Virus record (IMG/VR): IMGVR_UViG_3300024251_000020
Span: 1-41,513 of that record
Length of the DNA stretch: 41,513 nucleotides
Source: a virus
Lineage: Duplodnaviria; Caudoviricetes
Strand: one strand, 5' to 3'
Both the position numbers and the translations under genes were made by a program. The notes beneath the pieces were generated by a model. The model worked only from the letters and a program-made list of their open reading frames with translations. It made no database searches and was not told the DNA's origin. Below are positions 8,344 to 18,088 of the stretch, in pieces; the stretch's first letter is position 1; every line of letters starts with the position of its first letter.

Positions 8344-9054
8344 TTACCTCCAGAGGGCTTTGATGTAAGAAGCGGCGGAGGAGGTCAACCCGGCTACGGA
8401 AGCGGTGGTGCTTTGCAAGAGACGGCAACCGTAGTGAAAGGCGAAGGCGGAGTCTTCGGAAATGAGTTGAGGGAAGTTTAATCCACCGTCGAGAGTTAAT
8501 GTCACTCCTGTGGCTACTTTGTAGATAAAAGCAGGAAGATTGGATACTCCGGCATCAGTGGAACATAGTAGGTAGCGGTCAGCTCCGTCGTTGTTAGTAT
8601 AAACCACCTGTAAGAGCCGCTTACCGGCGTTGGCAACCGAGTCAGTCCAAGGGTTAATGGCATCGACGCCGGTTGAGGTGTCTCCGGTGATTGTTTCGTT
8701 TGCGTTGGTTCCATAAAGGGTGTCGTATTCGAGGGTCATATCTAGTCCACCGCTAGCTGCGACCGAGGTGAAGGATGCTTCGGTGGTGGACATTCCGATG
8801 ATGAGCGGGTTACAGAAAATTCCAGGATCGCCGAAGGAGAATACGAAGGGGGAGTTGGCGAGGGCGTATAGGGATTTAATGACCGGAACATTCCCACTCG
8901 CCAACGGCGCGGCGATGGTATCCGGTTGCTTCTGATGTAACTGTATCCAAACATCAGACGATTGATTGTTCGTCCCGTGTAACCGACGAACCACCGTCGG
9001 CCCGAAGGAGACGTATTTTTGTAAAACTGCACTGGTGAAGGCTAGTAGTGGCAT
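8344..9054 (-). CDS. Hypothetical virion-module protein
   Basis: 236 aa beta-rich ORF with two loosely similar halves; tightly packed. Confidence 0.6.
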   Translation of the reverse strand: MPLLAFTSAVLQKYVSFGPTVVRRLHGTNNQSSDVWIQLHQKQPDTIAAPLASGNVPVIKSLYALANSPFVFSFGDPGIFCNPLIIGMSTTEASFTSVAASGGLDMTLEYDTLYGTNANETITGDTSTGVDAINPWTDSVANAGKRLLQVVYTNNDGADRYLLCSTDAGVSNLPAFIYKVATGVTLTLDGGLNFPQLISEDSAFAFHYGCRLLQSTTASVAGLTSSAASYIKALWR

Positions 9055-9073
9055 TTTATATCCTTTTGTTTAG

Positions 9074-9814
9074 TTATCCATGGGCAACGATCACCATAGG
9101 AACTACCCTACGTTGTTCACGCCAATTGCGTTTACCGCCGCCGAGGATAACATCCCGGTCTCTAACCGGGTAAGCTGATTTGAGTTTTTCGAGTCTTTGT
9201 TTTGCGAGGCCAAGTTTGAGTTGACCGTCCTGTTGCTTCTTTCGGGTGAGTAATTCCCCAGCGGCGAACATCACGATGAGCATGTCATCGAGGTCGGCGG
9301 TGTCGGTATCTTGCACCAGGGGAAGCATTACTCGTTGGCCGGTGAACCTTACGGTTTGCGGGGTGACCGGAACCGGCCAGACTTCAAATTGATTTGGGTG
9401 AACGGTTTCGTTGACATTGGAGTTAAATCGCCACCGCTGGATGGGGTCGGTGGACTGCCCGAGGGCGAAGTTCATCCAGTTATATTCGTCACGTCCTATC
9501 CCATATTGCATCTCGTCGTAAACTTGGTTCCAAAACACATCAACCCAAAACGGACGCATAAGGTCCAAAGCGAGGGACTCGCCGAGGTTCGAATCGTTAA
9601 CAACAGGCATGTTGTTGTATTGCGACCCGGCGTTCACGGCGACGTCCCAAAACTGTTGAAGGAACGGCCAGGAGTATTCCGAGGCTAACCATTTCTGCTT
9701 ATCCGAAAGCAAGGTATTCATCTCCGCCGTTCGAGTGGTGTTGGGTGTGCCATAGTCACCAATCTCGGCAAGGAGCATCGTACGGAGGTTTAGCAATGTT
9801 GTACCACTAGCCAT
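9074..9814 (-). CDS. Head-tail adaptor (tail tubular protein A-like)
   Basis: TTLLNLRTML N-terminal helix, YSWPFL, FEVWPVP and LIVMFAAGE motifs typical of podovirus adaptors. Confidence 0.75.
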   Translation of the reverse strand: MASGTTLLNLRTMLLAEIGDYGTPNTTRTAEMNTLLSDKQKWLASEYSWPFLQQFWDVAVNAGSQYNNMPVVNDSNLGESLALDLMRPFWVDVFWNQVYDEMQYGIGRDEYNWMNFALGQSTDPIQRWRFNSNVNETVHPNQFEVWPVPVTPQTVRFTGQRVMLPLVQDTDTADLDDMLIVMFAAGELLTRKKQQDGQLKLGLAKQRLEKLKSAYPVRDRDVILGGGKRNWREQRRVVPMVIVAHG

Positions 9815-9829
9815 TTTGAATCCTTTTCG

Positions 9830-10246
9830 TTAGGCGATTTTCACTTCCGTCAGTTTCGATGACGGGAGGACGGTGCCGAGGCCGAGTTTGTAGGCTTCTT
9901 CGTAGGTCGAAGGCATTTGAGGCATTGCACCGGGGAACATAGCGTTCACCTTATTCCCGGCATAACGTCCCATGAGGCGCTTTTTCTCGTCGCCGGTGGA
10001 GCGAGCGGGAACGGTTTTCTTCGTTGCGTTTCCCTTTTCGTCCTTACCCACCTCAACGGCGGTATCCCCGGTTTCGGTGATAGCCCTCTTAGCGAACTTC
10101 TCGTCGGAGTCCATGTCGATAGGTTTGCCACCTGCGTTCACATGGTGTTCCGCCACGAGGAGGGCGAGTTCGGCGGGGGTGACATGTTCACGAGTAACGT
10201 GGTGTCCTTCTTTGGACAGGTTTAGAATTACTGTAGCTAATTTCAT
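9830..10246 (-). CDS. Hypothetical protein between capsid and adaptor genes
   Basis: Start refined to ATG 10246 (MKLATVILNL), downstream of a terminator; VTPAELALLVAEH. Confidence 0.65.
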   Translation of the reverse strand: MKLATVILNLSKEGHHVTREHVTPAELALLVAEHHVNAGGKPIDMDSDEKFAKRAITETGDTAVEVGKDEKGNATKKTVPARSTGDEKKRLMGRYAGNKVNAMFPGAMPQMPSTYEEAYKLGLGTVLPSSKLTEVKIA

Positions 10247-10276
10247 TTTTACGTTCAGTTGTTTTATGTTAAGATT

Positions 10277-10310
10277 AAAAAGTAGGCGGCTTAGTAACCC
10301 TACCGCCCAC
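10277..10310 (-). terminator. Rho-independent terminator after the capsid operon
   Basis: Minus strand GTGGGCGG-loop-CCGCCTAC followed by TTTTT. Confidence 0.6.
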
Positions 10311-10318
10311 CAACCCAA

Positions 10319-11167
10319 TTACGGAGTGTAAACCGACGCCGTCACGCTCATCACGTTTATTGCGTTCGTGCTAGTGCCAGTATACATATTCCGCAATCGC
10401 ATACCCCGAGTTCCCAGAACCCATCGAGGAATGGGGGTATTAAATACCGTCGGTGCGCCGACGGTGGAGATTGCGTTAGTGTAGGTAACCACCCAGGTCT
10501 TATCCCCGAAGGTTTGGTCCATTCCCATAGTTAGGCCGGGGATGCCATAGGTCGACCCGAAGGATGGCGGTGGAACCGCGATTGGGGAGAAGGTAAGGTT
10601 CACGATATTCGACCCGGCGCCGACCGCATAGCCGGTTTGAGTGAATTGTTCCGTAACCACCTGGAGGATGCCGACGCTGTTGGTGTTACCCGCTGCGCCG
10701 GGGGTACCGGCGTCGAGAACCAACGCGGGATAGAAGTCTTGCGGCAGGACAACGTCCTGGAAGAAGTTTATCGCGTTGTTGGTGTTTTGAGTCACATACA
10801 ACAGGTCGTTTGTGTTCGCCGTGGCGGCGACGGCCTGATTTGTAATAACCACCTGCGAGCCTGGATAGGTGAACCCAAACCAGGCGACCGGGGTCGAATT
10901 GGTGTAAATCATCCAATTCATTGTGAGGGCGTTGGTAGCGATAGGAGCGTTGATACCAGTCCCGGCGGTGTTCGTCCCTAGCTGCTGTTGCCCTTGTTGG
11001 GCGTTCTGTGCAATCCAGTTAAGGTTCGTAGCGCCAACGTTGTTCGAAAGAACGAGGGAGGTTACGGATGGATTGAGGAACGAAGAGACGACGAAGTTCG
11101 CCGCCTGTAGGGTTGGCGTTATGGCTAACGCAATCCCAAGGCCGATAGAGGTGAAAAGTTTTTTCAT
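10319..11167 (-). CDS. Sec-signal T/N-rich protein directly after the major capsid gene
   Basis: Start refined to ATG 11167 with TAAGGA upstream; MKKLFTSIGLGIALAITPTLQA-ANF signal peptide. Confidence 0.75.
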   Translation of the reverse strand: MKKLFTSIGLGIALAITPTLQAANFVVSSFLNPSVTSLVLSNNVGATNLNWIAQNAQQGQQQLGTNTAGTGINAPIATNALTMNWMIYTNSTPVAWFGFTYPGSQVVITNQAVAATANTNDLLYVTQNTNNAINFFQDVVLPQDFYPALVLDAGTPGAAGNTNSVGILQVVTEQFTQTGYAVGAGSNIVNLTFSPIAVPPPSFGSTYGIPGLTMGMDQTFGDKTWVVTYTNAISTVGAPTVFNTPIPRWVLGTRGMRLRNMYTGTSTNAINVMSVTASVYTP

Positions 11168-11207
11168 ATTCGTTATTTCCTTATGGAAAAATGTTTCTGT
11201 TTGAGGG

Positions 11208-12260
11208 TTAGGTGATGGAATATACCCCACAAGCATTGAGCTGGGTAACCTCCAACGCACCCGTCCAGGTCATGGTTTTGAGGAACACCATATACTGGTA
11301 AGGCCGTTCCGGGGTGAGGACTTTGTTATCCTCCTGTTCCATCGGACGAAGGCGAAGGCGGCGACCGTCCATGACGTAGCAGCGCTTGGTGAGGTTCAAT
11401 TGATCCAAGGTGGGGTCATATTCGAACCTCCCAAGGCCGGAGATGTGAAGACCACCGACGCCGAGTTCCGTAGCTTTGTCCCCTTGGAAGCCGGTTTGCG
11501 TGAAGTAACCTTTCGCAACGAGTTCCGTGCGGAGGGCATCGAGGAACGCCGAGCCGCAAAGGGCTTTGTTGGGTTTGCCACCGTAGCGCTTCAACTGGAT
11601 AAGTTCCGAGTTGAAGAACAGAATCATCGAAGAGTTCGCCGGGGAGGCGACGAGCGAGGTGTTAACCCGGTTCTGCCACCATTGATAGGTGGAGCGAGAA
11701 AGGCCGCCGGTGGAGCCGGTTGTGGGAGTGGTCGTAAGCAACGACTGAACACCAGGAACTTGTTTCGCGTCCTGTGAACCATCCTGCCAAAGCATCAGGT
11801 TCATCTGGCGAGAGTATGACTCGCCGTAATCGTCCATACGATCTTCCAAGAGGCCGGTGATACGAGTGAGGTCCACATCGGCGTGTTCTGAGGTTCTCCC
11901 GCCTTTGGAATCGTCGATAATAGTGATGCCGTCCTTCTTCAATTCCGTCCAGGTGATGATTAGTGAGGCGGCAACTTCACGCCAATTATACACTGCACGT
12001 AAGAGATTAGACGCCTGCATAAAGTTGATCGCATCGTCCTCAGAGTAACCTTGGAGGAAGCCCGGACTGTCGGACATGTACGCACCTTGGATAGGTTCAC
12101 TTACCTGGAGATTGCCAGAAGGAAAGGTTTTTTGACCACTACGTAACCACTTCAAGAGTGGTTTGTCGGTGGTTGTTTGAGAGAGTGCCTTGCCCCTAAC
12201 GTAGAAGATAAGAGCGGCACTGGCGATATCGTTCGCCACTGATAAGCCAAGAGTAGCCAT
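11208..12260 (-). CDS. Major capsid protein
   Basis: 350 aa after the scaffold; KPLLKWL, LLEDRMDD, GGLSRSTYQWWQN, YDPTLD and TWTGAL pattern of HK97-fold podovirus capsids. Confidence 0.85.
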   Translation of the reverse strand: MATLGLSVANDIASAALIFYVRGKALSQTTTDKPLLKWLRSGQKTFPSGNLQVSEPIQGAYMSDSPGFLQGYSEDDAINFMQASNLLRAVYNWREVAASLIITWTELKKDGITIIDDSKGGRTSEHADVDLTRITGLLEDRMDDYGESYSRQMNLMLWQDGSQDAKQVPGVQSLLTTTPTTGSTGGLSRSTYQWWQNRVNTSLVASPANSSMILFFNSELIQLKRYGGKPNKALCGSAFLDALRTELVAKGYFTQTGFQGDKATELGVGGLHISGLGRFEYDPTLDQLNLTKRCYVMDGRRLRLRPMEQEDNKVLTPERPYQYMVFLKTMTWTGALEVTQLNACGVYSIT

Positions 12261-12341
12261 ATTGTTTTGGTAATTGTTTCGTTAATGTTAACTGCTCTTG
12301 CTTTTGCCTGTTTTACTAAGTTCCATCTCTAACGTGCGAGG

Positions 12342-12680
12342 TTAGATTAGCGAAGATATCGCGTCTTCAATGGTCGCAGTTTGTGTGACTGGGAGTTGGC
12401 GAGTCTCGGTAACGCCTGAAAGTTGTTTCACGTAGGATATTAAAGGAACCGGAGTGGGAGGGCCGTGATAGTATCCCTCGACGAGTTCATTAAACTCGGA
12501 CCAGTCAGCGCCCCAGGTAGTGATAGTGGCTGACGGGATTTCCGACCAACTAAAGCCAGCCCAAAGAATAGTCGGGGTTTTCCATACCGGCTTTACAATC
12601 TTCGGCACGGACACCATCGGCGTCGAAGCGACAAGAACGCCAGAAGCTAGTTGGCGAAAGAATGAACGGCGGGAGGTCAT
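12342..12680 (-). CDS. Small protein with twin-arginine (Tat) signal
   Basis: MTSRRSFFRQLASGVLVA; ATGA overlap with the scaffold stop. Confidence 0.6.
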   Translation of the reverse strand: MTSRRSFFRQLASGVLVASTPMVSVPKIVKPVWKTPTILWAGFSWSEIPSATITTWGADWSEFNELVEGYYHGPPTPVPLISYVKQLSGVTETRQLPVTQTATIEDAISSLI

Positions 12681-13852
12681 ATCCGTCCCTCCGCAGCGGC
12701 GACCACAACCTCTTTCATTGACTTCGCATCTTCGATACGGAAGGTCTTTCCGCCGGACTTTCCTCCTTCGCGGGAGTTGAGAACGGGACGTGTTGCGGGC
12801 TTCTTCAACGGCGCGAGAGAACGTACAACCTGGCCGTAGGCTTTTTCGAGGAGGGCGGTTAGTTCTTGTGGGGTTCGGACGAGGTTCTCGAAGTTTTGGT
12901 TCTTGTCCCGTTTGTTCATTAGGGAGACAAAGCGGTCAGTGACGAATTCGTAGACTCCATCAGGGTCGGCGTCGTTGACCTTCGGTTTGAAGTCGGGATT
13001 GCTACCTTGTTTGGCAGACGTCCACGACTGCATCGCAGCGGTCATTCCTTGTTGTAAATTTGCCTGCTGTTCGGACTGTTGCTTCCGTTGATACTGGTCA
13101 AAACGGTTAGTCCCGAATTGTTGCTTCGCCCGGAGGGACGCTAATTCTCTTGCCCTATTCAGCGTTAACGTCCCTTCATCCACTTCCTTCTGAATGTCCT
13201 GCGGGAGCTTATCCCCGGTGAAACCCTGCACCTGTTCCACAATCGGCAAAATCCGCTTCAACGCTTCTTCGGGGTTTGTATTCAAAAGCGCCTGGATTTC
13301 GAGAACCTTCGAAAACTGGTCCGGGGTGATGTTATACTTATCACAATACTCCACAATCTTCTCATGATGTTCGGCGATGGGTTTAATCCGCTCCATCTCC
13401 GCCTCCGTTGTCTTAAGCTTGGTGTTTACCTCCTCGAAACGTTCATAGGGGATTGGGTCTTTCTTCTTTTCTTCGTCGGCGACCTTTTCCTCTTCCCCGT
13501 CTTTCTTTGCTTCTTCGCCTTCATCACCTTCCTTCTTCGCTTCGTCTTTCTTTTCTTCGTCACCCTTTTTTGCTTCTTCCTTTTTATCGTCCTTGGCTTC
13601 CTCACCTTCGGCGAGGCGGTCGTTCTTTTCCTTCGTTGACTCTTCGCCGAGAGGGCCGTCAGTTCCCGAATCATCCTCCTCAGTCTTGCCCAAAGATTGG
13701 GCATCACCATCTTCTTCTTTCTTTTCGGCACCGATGGATTCACGTACAAATTCCTCCATTGTTTTACCCTTTGTGGAGTCAAGGGTTGTGTCGTCGCCGG
13801 TTTGACCGCCGTCTATTTTGTCGGGGAATCTTAGTATCTTAGATATTAACAT
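12677..13852 (-). CDS. Capsid scaffolding protein
   Basis: E/K/D-rich N-terminus, IPYERFEEVN motif, helical body; located between portal and capsid. Confidence 0.8.
   Translation of the reverse strand: MLISKILRFPDKIDGGQTGDDTTLDSTKGKTMEEFVRESIGAEKKEEDGDAQSLGKTEEDDSGTDGPLGEESTKEKNDRLAEGEEAKDDKKEEAKKGDEEKKDEAKKEGDEGEEAKKDGEEEKVADEEKKKDPIPYERFEEVNTKLKTTEAEMERIKPIAEHHEKIVEYCDKYNITPDQFSKVLEIQALLNTNPEEALKRILPIVEQVQGFTGDKLPQDIQKEVDEGTLTLNRARELASLRAKQQFGTNRFDQYQRKQQSEQQANLQQGMTAAMQSWTSAKQGSNPDFKPKVNDADPDGVYEFVTDRFVSLMNKRDKNQNFENLVRTPQELTALLEKAYGQVVRSLAPLKKPATRPVLNSREGGKSGGKTFRIEDAKSMKEVVVAAAEGRI
13683..13707. repeat. Dispersed palindrome copy 3 (inside CDS)
   Basis: GTCTT GCCCA AAGAT TGGGC ATCAC. 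Confidence 0.9.
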
Positions 13853-13858
13853 ATTGCT

Positions 13859-14155
13859 TTATTGTAGGTCTCCAGGAAGGTTAACTAGTTGCGGTTCTTG
13901 CTTGTTATACCTAGCTTCTAGGAGAGGTTTCACTTTTTTCTCGAAAAGACGTTTTGCTTTGAATGACAGCCACCAGGTACGTAGTCTATAAAGCCATTTA
14001 CGGTTACCACAATGCGGGCAGTATTGACTACTTTCGCTGCTTGGTATGAAATCTTCGTAGCCATACCATGAATGGTATAGGACAAAACACGCGTTACAGA
14101 TGTTACAGTGGTGGCTTTGATACTTCTTCGATTCGGGATTTATACATTTGACCAT
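13859..14155 (-). CDS. Hypothetical Zn-ribbon protein
   Basis: CNIC...CPHCG; fills the portal-scaffold gap. Confidence 0.55.
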   Translation of the reverse strand: MVKCINPESKKYQSHHCNICNACFVLYHSWYGYEDFIPSSESSQYCPHCGNRKWLYRLRTWWLSFKAKRLFEKKVKPLLEARYNKQEPQLVNLPGDLQ

Positions 14156-14185
14156 AGGTTTTTGTGTTACTTTATTGCTTTAACA

Positions 14186-16378
14186 CTAACTCGGGTTACC
14201 CGGTGGTAGTAGTCCCTGTGGCGGACCTGCGGGGTGCGTTTGTTGCTGCCCACGGTTGGCAACACGGGGGTTTTGTCTATTACCACCGGGACCCGAACGC
14301 CCACCCCCGGAAGGCTGTCCTGGCCGCGATGGTCCAGGAGGTGGAGGTGAAGCAATAGCACCTCCACTCAAACCGGGGAGCGGGAAAAACTCTTCGGGGT
14401 CTAATCGGTCATCTAATCTCTTAATCGCCTCACGGATAATCGCCTGAGGGTTTGCACCGGCTTGTAGAAGGAGAGGGGCGAGCCGTTCAAAGTTAGCTAT
14501 CTCCATTGCTTTGTTTGGACGACCGGAGGAAGCGGCTTCGATGGTTAGCTCGATTTGGTTTAGGAAGTCTTCTCTACCTTGTTCGGGCCAGACAGCACCG
14601 ATCCCCGCGATTCGGACAACAGTTTCTCTAGACATCTCACGGAGGAGCATCTCGCCACCGCAACGAGCAACGGCGGATAGACAGTCGTCAAGGTCGTCAA
14701 TGTTGGAAGAGGCGACGGTCTGCCGGGATTGTTCCGCAATAGTTCCGACAGTAGCGGTAACGTTTGGCTGAGCGGGTCCGATGTTAGCTTCTTGTTGACC
14801 GGTGACGAGGAGGGCATCCTCGGCGAGGGGTTTGGTGTCATAAACGGAGGGGTCGATGCGGGCGACTTGGAGAGGGACGACGACCTTGGAGGGGTCACTG
14901 CCGGGGGGTAAGTTCTCTAGTTCTACAACCTGATTGTCCTCGGCATTTTCAATCTTGTCCTTATCCTGTTCGGATAAGTTCCCCTTTGGAGTCATGTACT
15001 TCGGGGCGTTTGCCTTTCTTTGCTGACGCAAAGCCTGCCGAGTCCTATTCCATTCCTTCTGCATGGACTTCATTAGTTGCACATCCGACGGCGGGAAGAT
15101 ACTCGCCTTGCAACCGGCCTCGGTTTCTACGTCATTAAAGGTAAGAGGAAAGTGAACCCAGAAGGACTTTGTCGCCGGGGTGAGAACCTCTGGTTCGAGG
15201 ACATAATCCTTGTATCCGTCACAAAGGACAAAGGTGCTTTTCGAGTCTAGGTCGTATACCTGCCAAAGACAAACCTGCGGCTTCGTCGCCGGGTCGTCCT
15301 TGCCGGAGTCTTTTAACGCATCCTGGTCGAGAGGTTTCCCTTCGGGGGAGTAGTGTTTAAGGTCGCCACCCGCCTTTATGTCCGTGTTAAACATCGCATT
15401 AACGAACTCTAGCGGATAGATAAACTCCTCGGCGAGCCAGTGAGCGCCGACGAAACCCTTGATATTCCTACAGCGTTCGTCGAGAATCACCGACGTAGAC
15501 TGAGGAAAATCAAGAATCAACTTCTCCTTCATTGCTACGTTTTCTTGGTCATCTTGTGCGAGACCAAACGATGCAACCAATGTTTTAAGCGTTTCAACAT
15601 CGGCGTCTGAGGGGTCGATTTTGCCTTCGGTGAGACGGTCCATGATTCGCTTTGCCCGTAACATCCGTTCCATTGTTGACTGGCGGGTTTCGGATTGCGT
15701 GAGGTCGTTGGTTTCATAGTTACGACAGAAGGCAGTTTTGATGTAGGAGACACCACAGACGGAAGCTCGGCGGACGAATTGCTTGGCTTGGCTCTTAAAG
15801 TCGGGTTCTTGACTATCCATTTCGTATTGGTAAAGCACCTCCAAGGTTTCTCCAACTTTACCAACGATTTTCTCTAATTGTTTCCCTCTTTGGTAATCGT
15901 TCATAAGGGCCATCGCCTCGGGTGGGACGAAGCCGATTTGTTGACTAGCCATGATGGCGGTGCCGACGGCTTGCATTATTGTTTCGTGCTTACCGTCCCA
16001 GAATTCGAAGTTTAGACGTTTACGGGAGACGGCACGGACCTTTGGGTTACGAGCGTAGAGGGTGGCGACCTTTTGATTAATCGCACGAAGTGTGAAGTTA
16101 GCGGTGTAACGGTCGTCGTCCATTTTCCGTTGGCTATTCCATTGGAGACCGGAGACGAATTCCATGTTCTCCCGCATGCGGTTGAAGTCAGGTTCCCAGT
16201 GACTTTTCGCCTGGCGGACTCGTTCTTGCCATCGCTTTACAAAAGCTCTCGTTGCCAACGACGAATCACTCCCATCGTCCAGCTTTTCCTCGTCCTTCTT
16301 CGGGGGTTGGTCTTGTGAGGACATTCCTAGTTCATAGGACGCACCGGCTTGTTCCATTGGGAGGGTGTCGTTGGGCAT
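14186..16378 (-). CDS. Portal protein
   Basis: 730 aa after TerL; FVSGLQW, LYARNPKV, MKSMQKEWNR, TATVGTIAEQ and IEAASSGRPN podovirus portal pattern. Confidence 0.88.
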   Translation of the reverse strand: MPNDTLPMEQAGASYELGMSSQDQPPKKDEEKLDDGSDSSLATRAFVKRWQERVRQAKSHWEPDFNRMRENMEFVSGLQWNSQRKMDDDRYTANFTLRAINQKVATLYARNPKVRAVSRKRLNFEFWDGKHETIMQAVGTAIMASQQIGFVPPEAMALMNDYQRGKQLEKIVGKVGETLEVLYQYEMDSQEPDFKSQAKQFVRRASVCGVSYIKTAFCRNYETNDLTQSETRQSTMERMLRAKRIMDRLTEGKIDPSDADVETLKTLVASFGLAQDDQENVAMKEKLILDFPQSTSVILDERCRNIKGFVGAHWLAEEFIYPLEFVNAMFNTDIKAGGDLKHYSPEGKPLDQDALKDSGKDDPATKPQVCLWQVYDLDSKSTFVLCDGYKDYVLEPEVLTPATKSFWVHFPLTFNDVETEAGCKASIFPPSDVQLMKSMQKEWNRTRQALRQQRKANAPKYMTPKGNLSEQDKDKIENAEDNQVVELENLPPGSDPSKVVVPLQVARIDPSVYDTKPLAEDALLVTGQQEANIGPAQPNVTATVGTIAEQSRQTVASSNIDDLDDCLSAVARCGGEMLLREMSRETVVRIAGIGAVWPEQGREDFLNQIELTIEAASSGRPNKAMEIANFERLAPLLLQAGANPQAIIREAIKRLDDRLDPEEFFPLPGLSGGAIASPPPPGPSRPGQPSGGGRSGPGGNRQNPRVANRGQQQTHPAGPPQGLLPPGNPS

Positions 16379-16501
16379 GTTACTTAACTATATTTTCCGG
16401 GTTATCCCTATGCTCTCGTTCCATTGGGGAGTTACCTACAAATTCATGTGTGATACAACCAGAGGAAAAGAAAAGAAGTAAAAGAAATAAGTTACGTAGT
16501 T

Positions 16502-18088
16502 TCATTTATCTAGTTCGAACGCACGCTGATTACGGGCGAAACGGTTATGAGAAGCGCGGATATTTTTCACGGTAGGAACCCAACGGTAGTTAGCTATGTC
16601 CTTTTCGGGGACAGGGGCGGTGATAGGTTTCAACATCTTATCCAACCCATGTCCTAGCTTCGCTAAGGCGTCGACGAAGTCATCATGTGAGCCGCCAGGA
16701 AACGAAAGTAACTCACTCTCAGCTTCGTTCCATGAAGGGACCCACTTAGGGAATAGAACCATCTTCTGCGACATACGGGCTTTGATTGCCTGTGCCTTGG
16801 CTTGTTTGTCGTTCTTTTCACTTATCTCCTCAATAGGGATGAAGCGGCCACGTTCCATTGAAAACTTATTAATAAACGGCTCCAAAACGCCGGTGATATT
16901 CTCATGTCCCGCCCACCAGAATAACGGCTCTCGACGTTTCGTAATCTCAAACATCTGCTCCACCGCTTCCAGGGTGTCACACTTCGTCCAAAACCAATCC
17001 GGCATTATCCAAAGACGATTCATCGAATCAACCCCGCCGACGATGAAGCACGTCCTATCATTCTCCTGCCCTTTCCTCACGGCGTAATCCGCACCCACAT
17101 AGTATCGTAACCCGTTCTTCGTGGCAGTGGTAAGATCATCCATTGTGTATCCGACAAGCATACCTCGGCGGAAAAAGTTTCCTTCCTCAGGACTTGGCCG
17201 CTGTTGGAATAGTCCAGCAAGCACGCGGGCATCTTTCGAGAGCACCGTTTTTGCATGTTTCTCATCGAACCAATCGGGCCACAAACGCGAGCTGAGGTCA
17301 TAGTCTGTTTGTTCTGTTTCTTTGTTATAGCGTACACCACAAGGACGGCCGAGCGGGTCGTTTTCTTCGGCGAAGTATGGAAGGCGGATGACGGTCCAGT
17401 TGGAGGGTTCGCTCTTTAGGAGTTTACCTACGAGATCTTCCTCATGGCGACGGTTAGCAATGATTACCTGACACGCGTTCGGCTTCAATCGCGGCCAGAA
17501 GTCGTTATGGTACCATTTCCACTGCTGGTTCCGGATAGTCTCCGAGTCTGCGTCTTGTTCGGAACCCAGGTAATCATCAATAAATCCCAGGTCGGCACGG
17601 TGACCAGCGATGCCGGACCCCACACCGGCACAGAAGTATCCTCCGCCTTGAGAGATGCGCCAGTCGCCGGAGGCGGCAGCGGACTTCGAGAGGGAGTAAC
17701 CAAGGTCGCTTTCATAAAGGTCTATGAGGTCGCGGCATTGACGCCCAAATCCTTCGATGAGGGAGTAGGAGTAAGAACAAGCAAGGATAAGGTGAGTTGG
17801 GTGTTGTGCCATGTACCACGGAGGGAAGTCGATTGAAGTGTACGTGGACTTAGCTGCGCCGGGTGGCATGAGCAGGATAACGTTTCGGAGTTCCCTACGG
17901 GTAACCTTTTCAAGGACGTCGATAATAAGTTCATGATGTTTCGCGGGGGTTTGTTTTTTCTTCGATTCGACATAGCGGCACCAGTCATACAAGGAACGAC
18001 GAATCCTTTTGCGAACGAGAATCGCGGCGGCGGGGTTGTTCCTCTCCGCTACTTCCTCAATCGGGATTGTTAGTTCGGTGTCGTTCAT
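16502..18088 (-). CDS. terL: Terminase large subunit
   Basis: LMPPGAAKST Walker A, GHRADLGFIDD Walker B, GLFQQRP, VGADYA and FPGGSHDDFVDAL nuclease motifs. Confidence 0.95.
   Translation of the reverse strand: MNDTELTIPIEEVAERNNPAAAILVRKRIRRSLYDWCRYVESKKKQTPAKHHELIIDVLEKVTRRELRNVILLMPPGAAKSTYTSIDFPPWYMAQHPTHLILACSYSYSLIEGFGRQCRDLIDLYESDLGYSLSKSAAASGDWRISQGGGYFCAGVGSGIAGHRADLGFIDDYLGSEQDADSETIRNQQWKWYHNDFWPRLKPNACQVIIANRRHEEDLVGKLLKSEPSNWTVIRLPYFAEENDPLGRPCGVRYNKETEQTDYDLSSRLWPDWFDEKHAKTVLSKDARVLAGLFQQRPSPEEGNFFRRGMLVGYTMDDLTTATKNGLRYYVGADYAVRKGQENDRTCFIVGGVDSMNRLWIMPDWFWTKCDTLEAVEQMFEITKRREPLFWWAGHENITGVLEPFINKFSMERGRFIPIEEISEKNDKQAKAQAIKARMSQKMVLFPKWVPSWNEAESELLSFPGGSHDDFVDALAKLGHGLDKMLKPITAPVPEKDIANYRWVPTVKNIRASHNRFARNQRAFELDK

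Noticed and set aside
11167-11260. Programmed frameshift extending the capsid into the downstream ORF (T7 10A/10B style)
   Set aside because: The overlap is in the +1 frame with no slippery heptamer or CCC-stop site (ACC TAA). The downstream gene has its own RBS and a signal peptide at ATG 11167.
13440-13730. Tandem repeat in the scaffold gene
   Set aside because: Low-complexity E/K/D coding sequence (EAKKG-like) without a clean nucleotide period; normal for scaffolds.
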